Part shown: positions 52,492 to 63,357 of the stretch, in pieces | Layout of the letters: the number at the start of each line of letters is the position of its first letter | Numbering within the stretch: the stretch's first letter is position 1 | From: Octopus bimaculoides | Lineage: Eukaryota | Length of the DNA stretch: 63,357 nucleotides | Assembly (NCBI RefSeq): GCF_001194135.2 | Contig: NC_068989.1 | Span: 38,259,637-38,322,993, forward strand | Direction of reading: 5' to 3' | Notes under the pieces: generated by a model | Seen by the model: the letters and a program-made list of their open reading frames with translations, nothing else | The model's database searches: none | What the model was told of the DNA's origin: nothing | Position numbers and translations under genes: made by a program

Positions 52492-53986
52492 NNNNNNNNN
52501 NNNNNNNNNNNNNNNNNNNNNNNNNNNNNNNNNNNNNNNNNNNNNNNNNNNNATATATATGATCAACAGCATTCACTCAATGACCATTCTCTCTTTTCTC
52601 TAGGACTACCATTGTCTAATATCTTTCTCTTTCTTTTTAAGACTTTAGGACATTATTTGAAGAGGATTTCGTTGCTATTTCTAGGTCTCAGAGTGGCTCA
52701 GCAGTGGAAGTCAGTATGAATATAATACATTTTCATTTTGTTGGGAGTTTTTTTTTTAACTGATATATCTTGCTCACATTATTATGAGAGCAAGATAAAT
52801 CTTGTTCACATATCACCAAAGCAGGGAAGACCTACAGATTTAAATAATGGTGATAGTGGTGAAGGATATCGAAATTTGAAGCACATAATATAGCATAAAA
52901 ACTGATGTTTTCATACAAAGTTCATAGAAGGTAGTTCTCATAAGATATTGCAAATTGTAGAATGTTGGTGGCATTAATTGCTATTAGCCAGATTACAGTG
53001 AAATATTATGCAATTAGTGGGTTTACTTGGATGGACTTCAGTCAAATAGGAAAGAAATTATATGAAGCAAATGAGTACCACTTAACACATTTAAAAAAGT
53101 TACTGTTAACACCTTGTAATTAAATCATTTCTTCTCTTATTTTACAAAACGCATATGTTAAATTCTAACACCAAAGCAGCCAAACTTAGAGTAATGTTTT
53201 AAATATTTTCCCTTTATGAACCCATTTCAGATATTGAACTGGAATTGATTCTAGATTCTATGGAATTAGTTAAAACTCTGTGGAGGTGTTAGTGGTAGTC
53301 CAGTATCTGGTTTAACACCTCCACTAGCTCCTAATATGTCTTTAATATGCAAGCATTTGAACTAGGTCTCTGTTCTAACTTAGTGTGTTACTTGATATAC
53401 TGCTGTAAGCTATGAATTGAAGGTTTTTCCTTTCTTACCAATTATTATCAGAGGTACTGCAAAAATCTGTGGGCACAGTCCTTCTAAGACCTAAAAATAA
53501 ATATGTGAATGTGTTCATTCTTTAATATGAGTTTTGCTACTACTGCTTCATTGCAGATTTATTGTCAAGAATCACTAAAAAACTTTGTCAAAATATCTAG
53601 TAAGCTCACAAGTGTTATACATCCATATTTTGATAGATTATTGATGTTTATTTAAATGTAATTTCTCCACATTTATCAAAATTAATTGCACACTTTAATG
53701 TCATTTGTTCATCCTATGTCAGCTTTTTTTTTAAACATGTTCATTCTTTGTGGTCATATTGGATTACCATCCTAAGCCCATTTATATAAATTGATGGTAA
53801 TTTAACATGCTGGCATCATCTGACTTTTAAAGCAAGATGCTAACAATTACTATAACTGGTATTCAAATGAATTTTATTGTTATAATTAGTCAAGATTACA
53901 AAGGAGTAAGTTAAATGCAATGGTTCCTCAATGAAATTGTTATTTGCTTGTTAGAATATCTTGATTATTAAATATTTTTGCTACAG

Positions 53987-54040
53987 CGATTGAAGACACT
54001 GGTTGCGATCAGTATCAACGAGAATTATATATTAAAGTTT
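53987..54040 (+). CDS. Candidate 54-nt internal exon, product unknown
   Basis: Acceptor atatttttgctacag, donor GTGAGT, three retained CpGs, length divisible by 3, two open frames (RLKTLVAISINENYILKF or IEDTGCDQYQRELYIKV). Confidence 0.4.
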
Positions 54041-56089
54041 GTGAGTTTCTATCTACAGAAGAGGATACCAATGTTTCTAGACTAAACATTCCTCAGAAAA
54101 AGAAAATGATATTTTTCTTTCCTTTATTTCCCCTTTTAGGATTCTTTCTTTCTTTTCCTTTTCCTTATGATATTTTGTTTTTCCAATGTCAGATGAAAGG
54201 TTAGTTTTGAAATGAAGAATCAATATTCTCTTCTGCTCATACCATATAAACTTGTATGAACGTCATTATATTATAATGCTGTTACCTGGCCATAAATGTT
54301 TCCTATGATTAGCTATTCTATTCAAAATAAGATTTCTGCCTAATGTTACCCACAGAAAAAAAAAAATCTCAAAATAACACAGAATAACAAATTTTTAATG
54401 AGTAACATTAGGGAAGTGGGGAAATATTGATAGAAAATGTAAGAAAATATTATCTAGCATATTTTGAATGTTATGATCATTAAATGAGTTTATTGAATCC
54501 ATTTATTCCTTTTTAGCAGCTGCTTTGTTACAGAGGAAAGTAAAAAATTTAATCTGGTTTGAAATTAACAAGCTTTTCGAATTGGGAAAACTGAACTGCA
54601 AGGAAATATATAGCTGTGTGTGATTAAGAACAGTTTTCTTCTCAAACACATAGTTCCAGGTTCAGTTCCACTGTGCAAGAACTTGGGCAAGTGTCTCTTA
54701 CTATAGTCTCAAGCTTATGAAGGTAATGTGTGTGGATTTGTTGAAAAGAAACTGAAAGTAAGCTAACATGCCTATATAATCTCATACAAGTCCATACATA
54801 CATATGTGCATGCATACACCTTCTTCACTACTGCCTGTTAAATATGTTCTAAGCGACTACTATTTCTAGCAGGGTGAGTGATTATGTAAGGCACCCTTGT
54901 TGGTGAGCAATATGATTGCACATATGCCTCAAATGTAATAGTTCTTTTCTTAGTTTTTTATTACATTTTCTCTCTGCATTTATGGCTTCAGAAGCAGAGT
55001 CATTTTTTCTTCATAGTTATTGTTATTTCCTCAACAATTATGGCTTCAGAAGTAGAAAAATCAGTTTTAAAATTACAAATTAACAGCTCCATAATTTAAA
55101 AAGTTATTTTCTGAGATGGCCGGTATTTTGGACATATTTTCACTGGAATCAATTTACGTCGATCAAAGTCAGTCTATGAAGCTGAAATTATTTAATGGCA
55201 CTTGAAGGTGACTTGCAGCTGCACTGTAACCTAATATTAGCAGTAAAGAAATATATGAATGATACAATCCTTACTAGAGGACCTCTTCCTTCTAAAAAAG
55301 AAAGAAAATAATAATTATAAATATAAAAACTACAATACAATGAGGCTGTATTATTTGTCTAGCTTTAAATTATGTTAGTTTTAATAATACTTAGTAACAT
55401 AATTGACAAGAATGATAATAATTACTTTCAGAACTAGCAGAACTTTTTGGTTACAGCAGCAAATAAATTACAAATCATGGATACCATTTACTGCTTGCTT
55501 GGTTCAGTGGTAAACTTTATAGTTACTGTCATAATTTAACACCATCTAAAGAAAGAGCCTCTTCATGGCCTCTTCCCATTCTAAAAATAGTAGCCAAAGT
55601 TTTAGCCATCTTAAAAGTGGGAAAAATACATTAGATAATACAGTCCTTAAACATCCTTAAAATGACAGGATTGTTACAGTGAGATTGTTTTCAGTTAGGT
55701 TACTTTGATCAAAAATGATATGAAGACTTAAAAACAACAACCAATCTTTTTAAAACCAGATTTTATTTTTAAATAATTGGCTGAGACATATTTTCATATT
55801 CATTTATGGATTTCATTTCAGGAAACCTTATGAAAAAATATTAAATTCCAACTTAAACAAAGAACAGGTTGTTAGATTACCTATCTTCTCCTGCCCAATA
55901 TTTTACTTAGTACCATACTAATATATTCATATCTATATCTATTTACTTTCCAGTATATTTTATATTTTCATGTAATAGTTCGACATATTTAGATATTTTC
56001 ATATGTGGAATCTTATGGATTTGAAACCTGAAGGGGACTGTTCATTCCCTCATGAATTTGGAGTGTTGTTAGTTTATTACATTTGGATG

Positions 56090-56499
56090 ATTGGACATGA
56101 AACTCGGCTTGCGAAGACCTGTTGGGGCAAGCGAAAGTGAAATCGTGATGGCACCTGTGCCCAGCGTTGCCTCCCTGGCACTTGTGCCGGTGGCACGTGT
56201 AAAGACTTTTGAGCGAGATCATTGCCAGTGCCACTGGACTGGCTCTTGTGCAGGTGGTACGTAAAATACACCATTTTGAGCATGGCCATTGCCAGTACTG
56301 CCTGACTGGCTTTTGTGCCGGTGGCACATAAAAGCACCCACTATACTCTCGGAGTGGTTGGTATTAGGAAGGGCATCCAGCCGTAGAAACTCTGCCAAAT
56401 CAGATTGGAGCCTGGTTTAAACATCTGGTTCACCAGTCCTCAGTCAAATAGTCCAACCCATGCTAGCATGGAAAGTGGACGTTAAACGATGATGATGAT
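56090..56499 (+). mobile_element. Family C modular repeat, longest copy, (GAT)n tail
   Basis: Repeated GCCAGT..ACTGGC / GTGCC-GGT-GGCAC modules, then the shared 3' segment and gatgatgatgat. Confidence 0.85.
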
Positions 56500-56859
56500 A
56501 GTGTTGTGATGTGCCTTACTTAAACTCAACTACTATCTTCCATTTCATTCAATACTTCATATTCTCTAACTAAAGGGAGCCTCTGGAGTGAATGAGATCT
56601 CATGATCTTTGAGAAGCAATAGTCAATTATTTTTCATATCACACCTTTGTTTCCAAACATAAACATAAAAATAAAATAAATGTGGTGTCATTGATCGTAT
56701 GATCCTATAGATATTGCATAAAACAAAACTATATTTGAAAGTAAGTTAGAAAATCTTTGATCAAACCTTTGATCCAAGTTGACTTGAGGTTAACAAACTA
56801 CAAGCCCACTCCTTAAGATCATGTGCAATCTACAATCCTAACTATATATGTACACACAT

Positions 56860-56874
56860 GCTCTCTCTCTCTCG

Positions 56875-56946
<72 letters not shown>
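56860..56946. repeat. (CT)n microsatellite grading into a (CA)/(CT) mosaic
   Basis: Direct reading; explains the SLSLSL ORFs. Confidence 0.95.
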
Positions 56947-56956
<10 letters not shown>

Positions 56957-57329
56957 AACTCACTCATTCTCTCTCTCTCACATACACACAAACTCACACT
57001 CTCACACATACACTCTTTCTAACACATTCACTCTCTTTCTTTCTCACTCAGACACACACACGCACACACACATACACAGCAAAGTACACTTTGTTGTGTA
57101 TTAGGTTTTTTTTGTTTCTAAATATCCATTTGTTTCTCCATGAATGAAGCTAGTTTTATAAATCTGAATATCTTCAATTTTTTATAGTTGTAGTTATTTC
57201 ATCTGAACATCTAAGCTAGTGAAAAAGCCTTCCAGTGATCAAACCATGCCATACCATCTTAAAGAGAATATTGGGTTATAAAGTCTGGAGTATATTATAC
57301 CTTAAAAAAGATCATGCCTTTGGTCATAG

Positions 57330-57545
57330 GTTTCACTCACGGCTGATCTGGGGCTCAGCAACAATATCCAACTACTATGTCTCACTTCCAACTAATATGT
57401 CTCACATGAGGTGGCGGAAGCTTCAGTGAAAGAGTTCTTCAACCTGAAGAATAAGAACAGGTATCAGTGTGGGATCAAAAAAACTGGAAGAAAGGTGATT
57501 TCAAGTGGTGCAACATAATAGCTTCTACTCTGAATATTGCAAAAT
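57330..57545 (+). pseudogene. Mariner transposase C-terminal remnant
   Basis: EASVKEFFNLKNKNRYQCGIKKLEER*FQVVQHNSFYSEY matches the mariner C-terminus (FF..K....Y..GI.KL.ERW.KVV....Y). Confidence 0.65.
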
Positions 57546-57627
57546 GTTTGATTCTTCTTCTTCTTCTTCTTCTTCTTCTTCTTCCTCCTCCCCCTCCTCC
57601 TACTCCTCCTCCTCCTCCTCCTCCTCC

Positions 57628-58927
57628 CTGATTATTCTGGCCATGCAAAGGAGGCAAACCTTTTGTAACAGTTCTACTGGGTACTCTGTTCCAATTTCCT
57701 TTATATTCCCTGTGATGCCTTCTGATACTGACCCCAAGGACCCAATAATAATTGGTACTATCTTCACCTTCATTTTCCTTAGCTGGGCTATTTCGTACTT
57801 AAAAAGGTTGTATTTATCTATTTTTTTGCCTTCCTTCTTGACTATTCGTGAGTCAAAGGAGCGGGCAACATCAGCTATATAGTACATGTGTTGCACCTTG
57901 TCCACCACCACTAGGTCCGATCTGTTATGTTCTAACACCTGATCTGTTTGGATTGGGAAATACCAGAGGATTTTGCTAGTCTCCGACTCTGCCACTCTCT
58001 GCTGTTTGTGCTCATACCATGTCTTGCCTCTCTCTAGCTCCCTCTTTTCGCAGTTTCCAATGTAGCATTTTCACTACTTGATCATGTAGCCACAACTAGT
58101 AGTGGTTTTGGGCAAACCTAGGGCATTCGTTCATGATATGGGCAATGGTTTCATCCACTCTATTGCAGATGCAGCACAGCAGAGACACTTGTTCATTCCT
58201 ATCTGTATGTTTTGGCATATCTCAAAGTATGGTTGCTTTCTCATTTTCTGTGATCTTTTCTGGCATGTGCCTATACCATCTTTTTTCTGTTATTCCATAG
58301 TGTTGGCATCGCTTCCAGTGTATATAGTTCCCAACTCCGTCGTGTCCATGAATACATTCTTTCATAGCCAGGACTGGGCAGCCAGAGACAATATGATTTA
58401 TTGTTTCTTCTTCATCTCCACATATTCTCCAGTTACTTGTATTTCTTTTCATTGCATATTTTTGATGATTTCTGGTGGGAAGGCTTTGATCTTGTGTTGC
58501 AATTAAAAGTCCTTCAGTCTCAACTTTGAGTCCTGAGCTTCTCAACCATTGTTGGGATTTTGCTTTGTCTATTTCTTTAACCTGGTGTTTGCCATGAAGG
58601 AGCTTTTCTTGCCATCGTTTTATCATGATGCATTGCTGTTCCAGTTTTTGTTTGGATTTCAGTTGTTTACAGCTTTTGTTGTTTCTTCTTTTTCGTCATA
58701 GTTCTTAGGAACTATAACATCCTTTTTTATATTTGTCAGCTTCCTTAAAGACTGAAGACAGTTTTTTTTGTTTTGTTCATATTTTGTGACTATTTGTATT
58801 AGTTTTCCTTGCTTCTGAAGTAGGTATTTCTGTAATCCTATAGTGGTTGTTTTGTAATAGTTTTCTAGCTGTATAAGGCCTCTACTAACTTTGATATGTT
58901 TTATGTCAGATTTTGGGTGGTGCAATA

Positions 58928-58930
<3 letters not shown>
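57628..58930 (-). mobile_element. 5'-truncated, frameshifted R4/Dong-like non-LTR retrotransposon (end of RT, CCHC knuckle, restriction-like endonuclease)
   Basis: HPKSDI...RGLIQLE; WRICGDEEETINHIVSGC and HDGVGNYIHW; ILWYFPIQTDQVLEHNRSDLVVVDK...IADVA...KE..KIDKY...PIIIGSLG. Confidence 0.88.
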
Positions 58931-58965
<35 letters not shown>

Positions 58966-59864
58966 GATACTTTTATGGTCTGGTGATAGGAAATGTGTCC
59001 ATGGATTCATAAGACCACTGAAGTTTGGTCATAGTGAGGCCATTCACATTCTACTTAATCTGTTGCAATTCAATAACTGCATGGAAGATATGTACATGGA
59101 AGAAATCCAGGAAAGAAAGGACTCGGTGTTGTGACTAGTGCAGGACCTGGAGAGAGGTAGATAAATATGATGAAAGAATGCTGAGTAGAGAATGGAGGTA
59201 GTATGAGAGACCAGTCAAATCCAAGGATTAGAGGATATTGTAGTAATAGAAGAATGACAGAGAGAAGAGATAACACATGTAATGATCAGAGATTGGTGTG
59301 TAAGTGAAATTATGTCAACCATTTGAGTGCTCTTTCTCTGGATATGTTTTGTGTATAGAGGGAAGCACTATTCCAGATATTAAAGTAGGGTCACTCTAGT
59401 GGGCCATTCTTGAGAATATTAGAGGGCTCAATGAGAGATGAAATATGCTCTTAACTTGAAGGAAAACCAGACTTTCCAATTCAGTCTTTTATTATGTTAA
59501 TGATTTGGCAGGAGAAAAACTGAGTGTTAGTGATTCTAATACTTTAATTCATTGTGAGGGTTCTTGAAGCATGTCACACATGCTACACATGTGTAAAAAG
59601 AATGAGGTGCAGTGAGGTTTATATACATATAAGGAAATAAGTTGATAAAGGAATAAACAATTATCTTGTGAACTTCATTAGCTTACTGCTGCTTCTGCTA
59701 TACAAAGCTGTGGACTCATAGTTAAGTGCTTGAGTAACACCTTATAGCTTCATTACAGCCTTAAATATGTAGTGCAGTTTAGTCTTGTTATGCCTTAGTG
59801 AAATACACACATACACACGTACATACATACATACATACATAGGTGTGTGTGTGTTTGTATGTGT

Positions 59865-60200
59865 GCATGCATGCATGGCTGAATGGTGAAGTTTCTTTTG
59901 CAACCACAAGGTTTTGGGTTTAATCACATTGTGTGGTATCTTGAGTAAGCATCTTTATCATAGTCTTGAGTTGGCCCAAGACTTGTGAGTAAAATTGCAT
60001 TGATGGAAACTGTAGAATCCATCAGATATTCTGTGTCTGTAATTCAGTCATGTTACATTGTCACACTGATTCTACCTGAAAATTATGTTAAAGGTACAAA
60101 AGTGCCTGTGGAATACTCAACCACTTTGCATGCAAATTCAGTGAGTAGGCCATCTAGTTGGTTGAACAACTGGACACTTGTATGTTAAAATCCACAGTAG
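59865..60200 (+). mobile_element. Family A-like SINE, alternative tail
   Basis: gcatgcatggctgaatggtgaag..gggtttaatcac; tail shared with 26275 and 51150. Confidence 0.65.
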
Positions 60201-61526
60201 AGTCCATTGTGTAGATAGTATCATCATCATCAGCAACATTTTAACATCTGATTTCTCATGCTTGTATGGGTCAGAGTAAATACAACACACACGCACACAC
60301 ACACGAATTTATACTAAAGTACTAATGTCTTGTGGGCTATGCATTGGTATACAGACTCACATCCATACAGCAGTTTAGTAAGAAGTAGTGAGCAAATCAT
60401 GTTGAATTGTTAAATAACAATTAACTGATTGGTTTGATCATTATCTAAAGCTGCAATAAATGACCCTCATGGGCTTAATTTCAAAGTGATACTAAATATG
60501 CATGGATCTGAGCCTGCATATTTATGTATTTATAGTTAGGTATGTGTAAGTGTTTATAAATAATGACTGTGTTGTTAGGAAGTTCTCTTCACAACCATGT
60601 GTTTTTGGGTTACAAAAATTAACACCTTGATGCGAGTGTGTGTGTGTGTGTGTGTGTGCAAGTGTGTTTGTGTAAGTGGGTATAATGATATAAATTGTTG
60701 ATAATTCCCATTGGTATTCATTCACTAAGTCAAATCTTCAAAGGTCTAATATTACTAAAATATTTTGTATAGTTTTATTGATTAACCAAATTTAGTTAAT
60801 TGGCAAAATTATTACCTGATTAATACTAGGTTTGATAAAATTGACTAACACTCTCCATCATGGCCACATTTTAATAACTGAAACCAGTAAAATAAGGTAT
60901 ATATTATGTATGTATGTATGTGTAAAAATGAAAATAAGCCAGTGCCATGTATTTGAACAACTGACAAATACGAGTACATTAAATATACCATGCAAGCTGA
61001 ATTATTGATTTACTGAAATTATCCCCAATTTCAGAGATGATAGAACCATCACTAGATGGCAATTAGGACCAACACCAAATGAGAAGGGGAGATAATCTCA
61101 GGGGATTAAGAATTCTCCAAAACTGACTAAACTATCTTGGTCATTATTAAGCTAGTGTTTGGAATATAATTTAATATGGAATTTTGAAGTACTGTTTTAA
61201 TGTAGACCACTTTAAACAGGGTGTTTGCATCTAAGAACCAAAGGTGGTCTCAGGCAGAGGATAGCTGTGATTATATATTTCATTTACAACATATATTATC
61301 AGTATAGCAGTTGCCCTACCTTATCAGTAGCTGAAGATAACACTCAGAAATGTATGAAAATAGAATAGAGCATATTTATGGCCAAGGTAATTTGCATAAA
61401 GGACAAAAATGATCTGAGAAATATCTCAGACATTAAGACACTATCTATTAAAGCATCAAGCTAATACCTTGTTTATTAAAACTTGTTCCTCATGTACAGT
61501 CCTTTTTAATAATTTGTTGTACTTAC

Positions 61527-61572
<46 letters not shown>

Positions 61573-61652
61573 CGTAAAAACCCATGTATTTTGTGCACCT
61601 GTATAATTTATGCAGGTGATTTTCAAGATAAAAATTGTTAAAAAAAAGCTTT

Positions 61653-61950
61653 GACTGAGGACTGGTGTACCAGATGGTTACACCAGGCTCCAATCTTATT
61701 TGGCAGAGTTTCTACAGCTGGATGCCCTTCCTAACTTCAACCACTCCGAGAGTGTAGTGGGTGCTTTTACATGTCACCGGCACAAAGGCCAGTCAGGCGG
61801 TACTGGCAACGACCACACTTAAAATGGTGTATTTTACATGCCACCTGCACAGGAGCCAGTCCAGTGGCACTGGCAACGATCTCGCTCAAATGTCTTTACA
61901 TGTGCCACTGGCACAAGTGCCAGGAAGGCGACGCTGGGCACAGGTGCCAT
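61653..61950 (-). mobile_element. Family C modular repeat
   Basis: Reverse complement of about 56150-56445. Confidence 0.85.
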
Positions 61951-63004
61951 GGAACAAAAACGCAATAGAAGACAATAAAACATTTGGATAGATGGATGAT
62001 ACGAAGGCGGACAGCAGAAACAACAATTAGAAGGACAGGTAAAAAAAGTACCAGAAGTCATAACCATTTCGGGCAGTTACACTTGAGTCAGTTTGATCTG
62101 GTTGCCCCCAAAACATCTAAGCTAAGAGCATTAGACCGTTTTGTAAGAAAGCTAGTGAATGTGAACGGCAACGAGGACAAAAAATGGAGAACATGGTACA
62201 CAATTACAAATACAAACACAAGAAAATAACAACAGGTGTCTTTTGACTGAAAACGAATCAGGCTGAGCTGGCGTGTATGAAGTGAAAGCCTAAAAGCAGG
62301 GACATAAGAGATGGACATAAGAGTTTATGTAAACTGATGTAAATGTTTGATGTAAACTGAAAGAAACCATCATATATATATCGTAATATATAAAACAAAG
62401 TTTGTGTGTGTGTGTGTGCACGTATGATCCTTATGGGTTCAAAAATTGAGTTGCTGATTTTGGCATATGGGGTATCAAAACATTCAGTAATCTTTCAGTT
62501 ATCAAATAAAGTGTGTATTTTGCACAAAAACCCTTTTTTTACTACAAAAATGAGCTCGCAAACGAGGTTGGGATGCACAATTTTGAGGTCTTTAGCTAAG
62601 GAAGGTAACTCTGTCTGACAATAACTTTTAAAGAAATCTGGATACCTCTCTTACTGTTAACCATTCAACTTTAGATTACAATTGTTAATTGCTGGAAGTC
62701 AAGTAAACTGAGATATACATATAGTGTTATTATTATACAGAGTGGAAGTCCAAAACGAAGTTTTGAGCTCCTTATCTTGTGGTTAGTAATCCATTACCTT
62801 TAATTTGAAGCCATTAAGTCTTTAAACATTATTTTACTGTCACGATGATGGGATATCACCTTCAAAAATTTAGTTGATCACACTGACCTCAATGCATATT
62901 TCAATTTGGCATGTATTTTATAGGTCTCTGCTTGATGAACTGCTAACTTTGAGACATAGTGAGACACAATACTCAATTTAACAACAAATGTAAACACGCA
63001 CATT

Positions 63005-63155
63005 TTAGGTGCAGGAATGACTGTGTGGTTGAGAAGTTTGCTTGCCACCCACATGATTCCATGTTCAATCGCTTTGCATGGTACCTTGGGCAAGTGTTTT
63101 CCGCTCTAGCCTTAGGTCAACCACAGACTTGTGACTGAATTTGGTAAATAGAAAC
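63005..63155 (+). mobile_element. Family A SINE, 5' part
   Basis: ggtgcaggaatgactgtgtggttgagaagtttgc...ccttgggcaagtg...gaatttggtaaatagaaactg. Confidence 0.75.
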
Positions 63156-63273
63156 TGCAGCGTCGTTCATCAGAAGATGACCGAAAAACATGTTTATAAA
63201 GAGTTGTTTGCTTCATACTCCTCGTGTGCAATTCTACCCAAATAATACAATGTGGCTGTAGGTCAAAACAATT

Positions 63274-63299
63274 CGGCAACGCCGGGGTGTATTGCTAGT
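63274..63299 (+). mobile_element. Possible Helitron 3' terminus
   Basis: GC hairpin CGGC-AAC-GCCG about 10 nt upstream of CTAG|T. Confidence 0.45.
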
Positions 63300-63357
63300 G
63301 TGTGTGTATGTGTGTGTGTGTATAAATATAAGTATATATATATATATATATATATAT

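Noticed and set aside
53987-54040. Resemblance of GCDQYQRELYIKV to CHH/MIH (C...NRDLYKKV) or insulin B-chain spacing
   Set aside because: A short match only; no further Cys-bearing exons were found, the next codon begins with T (not E/D), the CG/L residues are absent, and CHH is an ecdysozoan family.
55110-55195. CpG-rich segment as the next exon
   Set aside because: The acceptor is GAG or weak; nearby 15-bp direct repeats suggest a DNA-transposon subterminal region.
61984-62330. 81-aa ORF as a gene or GIY-YIG fragment
   Set aside because: No diagnostic motif is legible; likely a decayed retroelement.

Overview
AT-rich eukaryotic DNA with abundant (TA)n/(CA)n/(TAA)n microsatellites and about 10 N-gaps, almost all next to microsatellites. 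The repeat families look like those of octopus genomes (inference from recalled repeat sequences; probably a short-read Octopus assembly). No protein-coding gene can be identified with confidence; the window reads as intronic or intergenic with a few weak exon candidates. It is dominated by retroelements: at least three tRNA-headed SINE families, a (GAT)n-tailed modular repeat, a 5'-truncated R4/Dong-like LINE, and older LINE, Tc1 and mariner fossils. The most interesting signal is two copies of a palindromic element (13822-14310, 21372-21840). Each arm is built from a tRNA-like Pol III head, a (TAA)n spacer and a minimal Penelope-type hammerhead ribozyme motif, and each palindrome is flanked by an 11-13 bp target-site duplication. 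Other hammerhead motifs occur elsewhere, one nearly intact (50440-50497). Also notable are a TSD-flanked SINE chimera, a head-to-tail SINE array, a phased 35-bp motif array and a recursive-splice-like site. Family names A/B/C are my own working labels, and fossil element boundaries are approximate.
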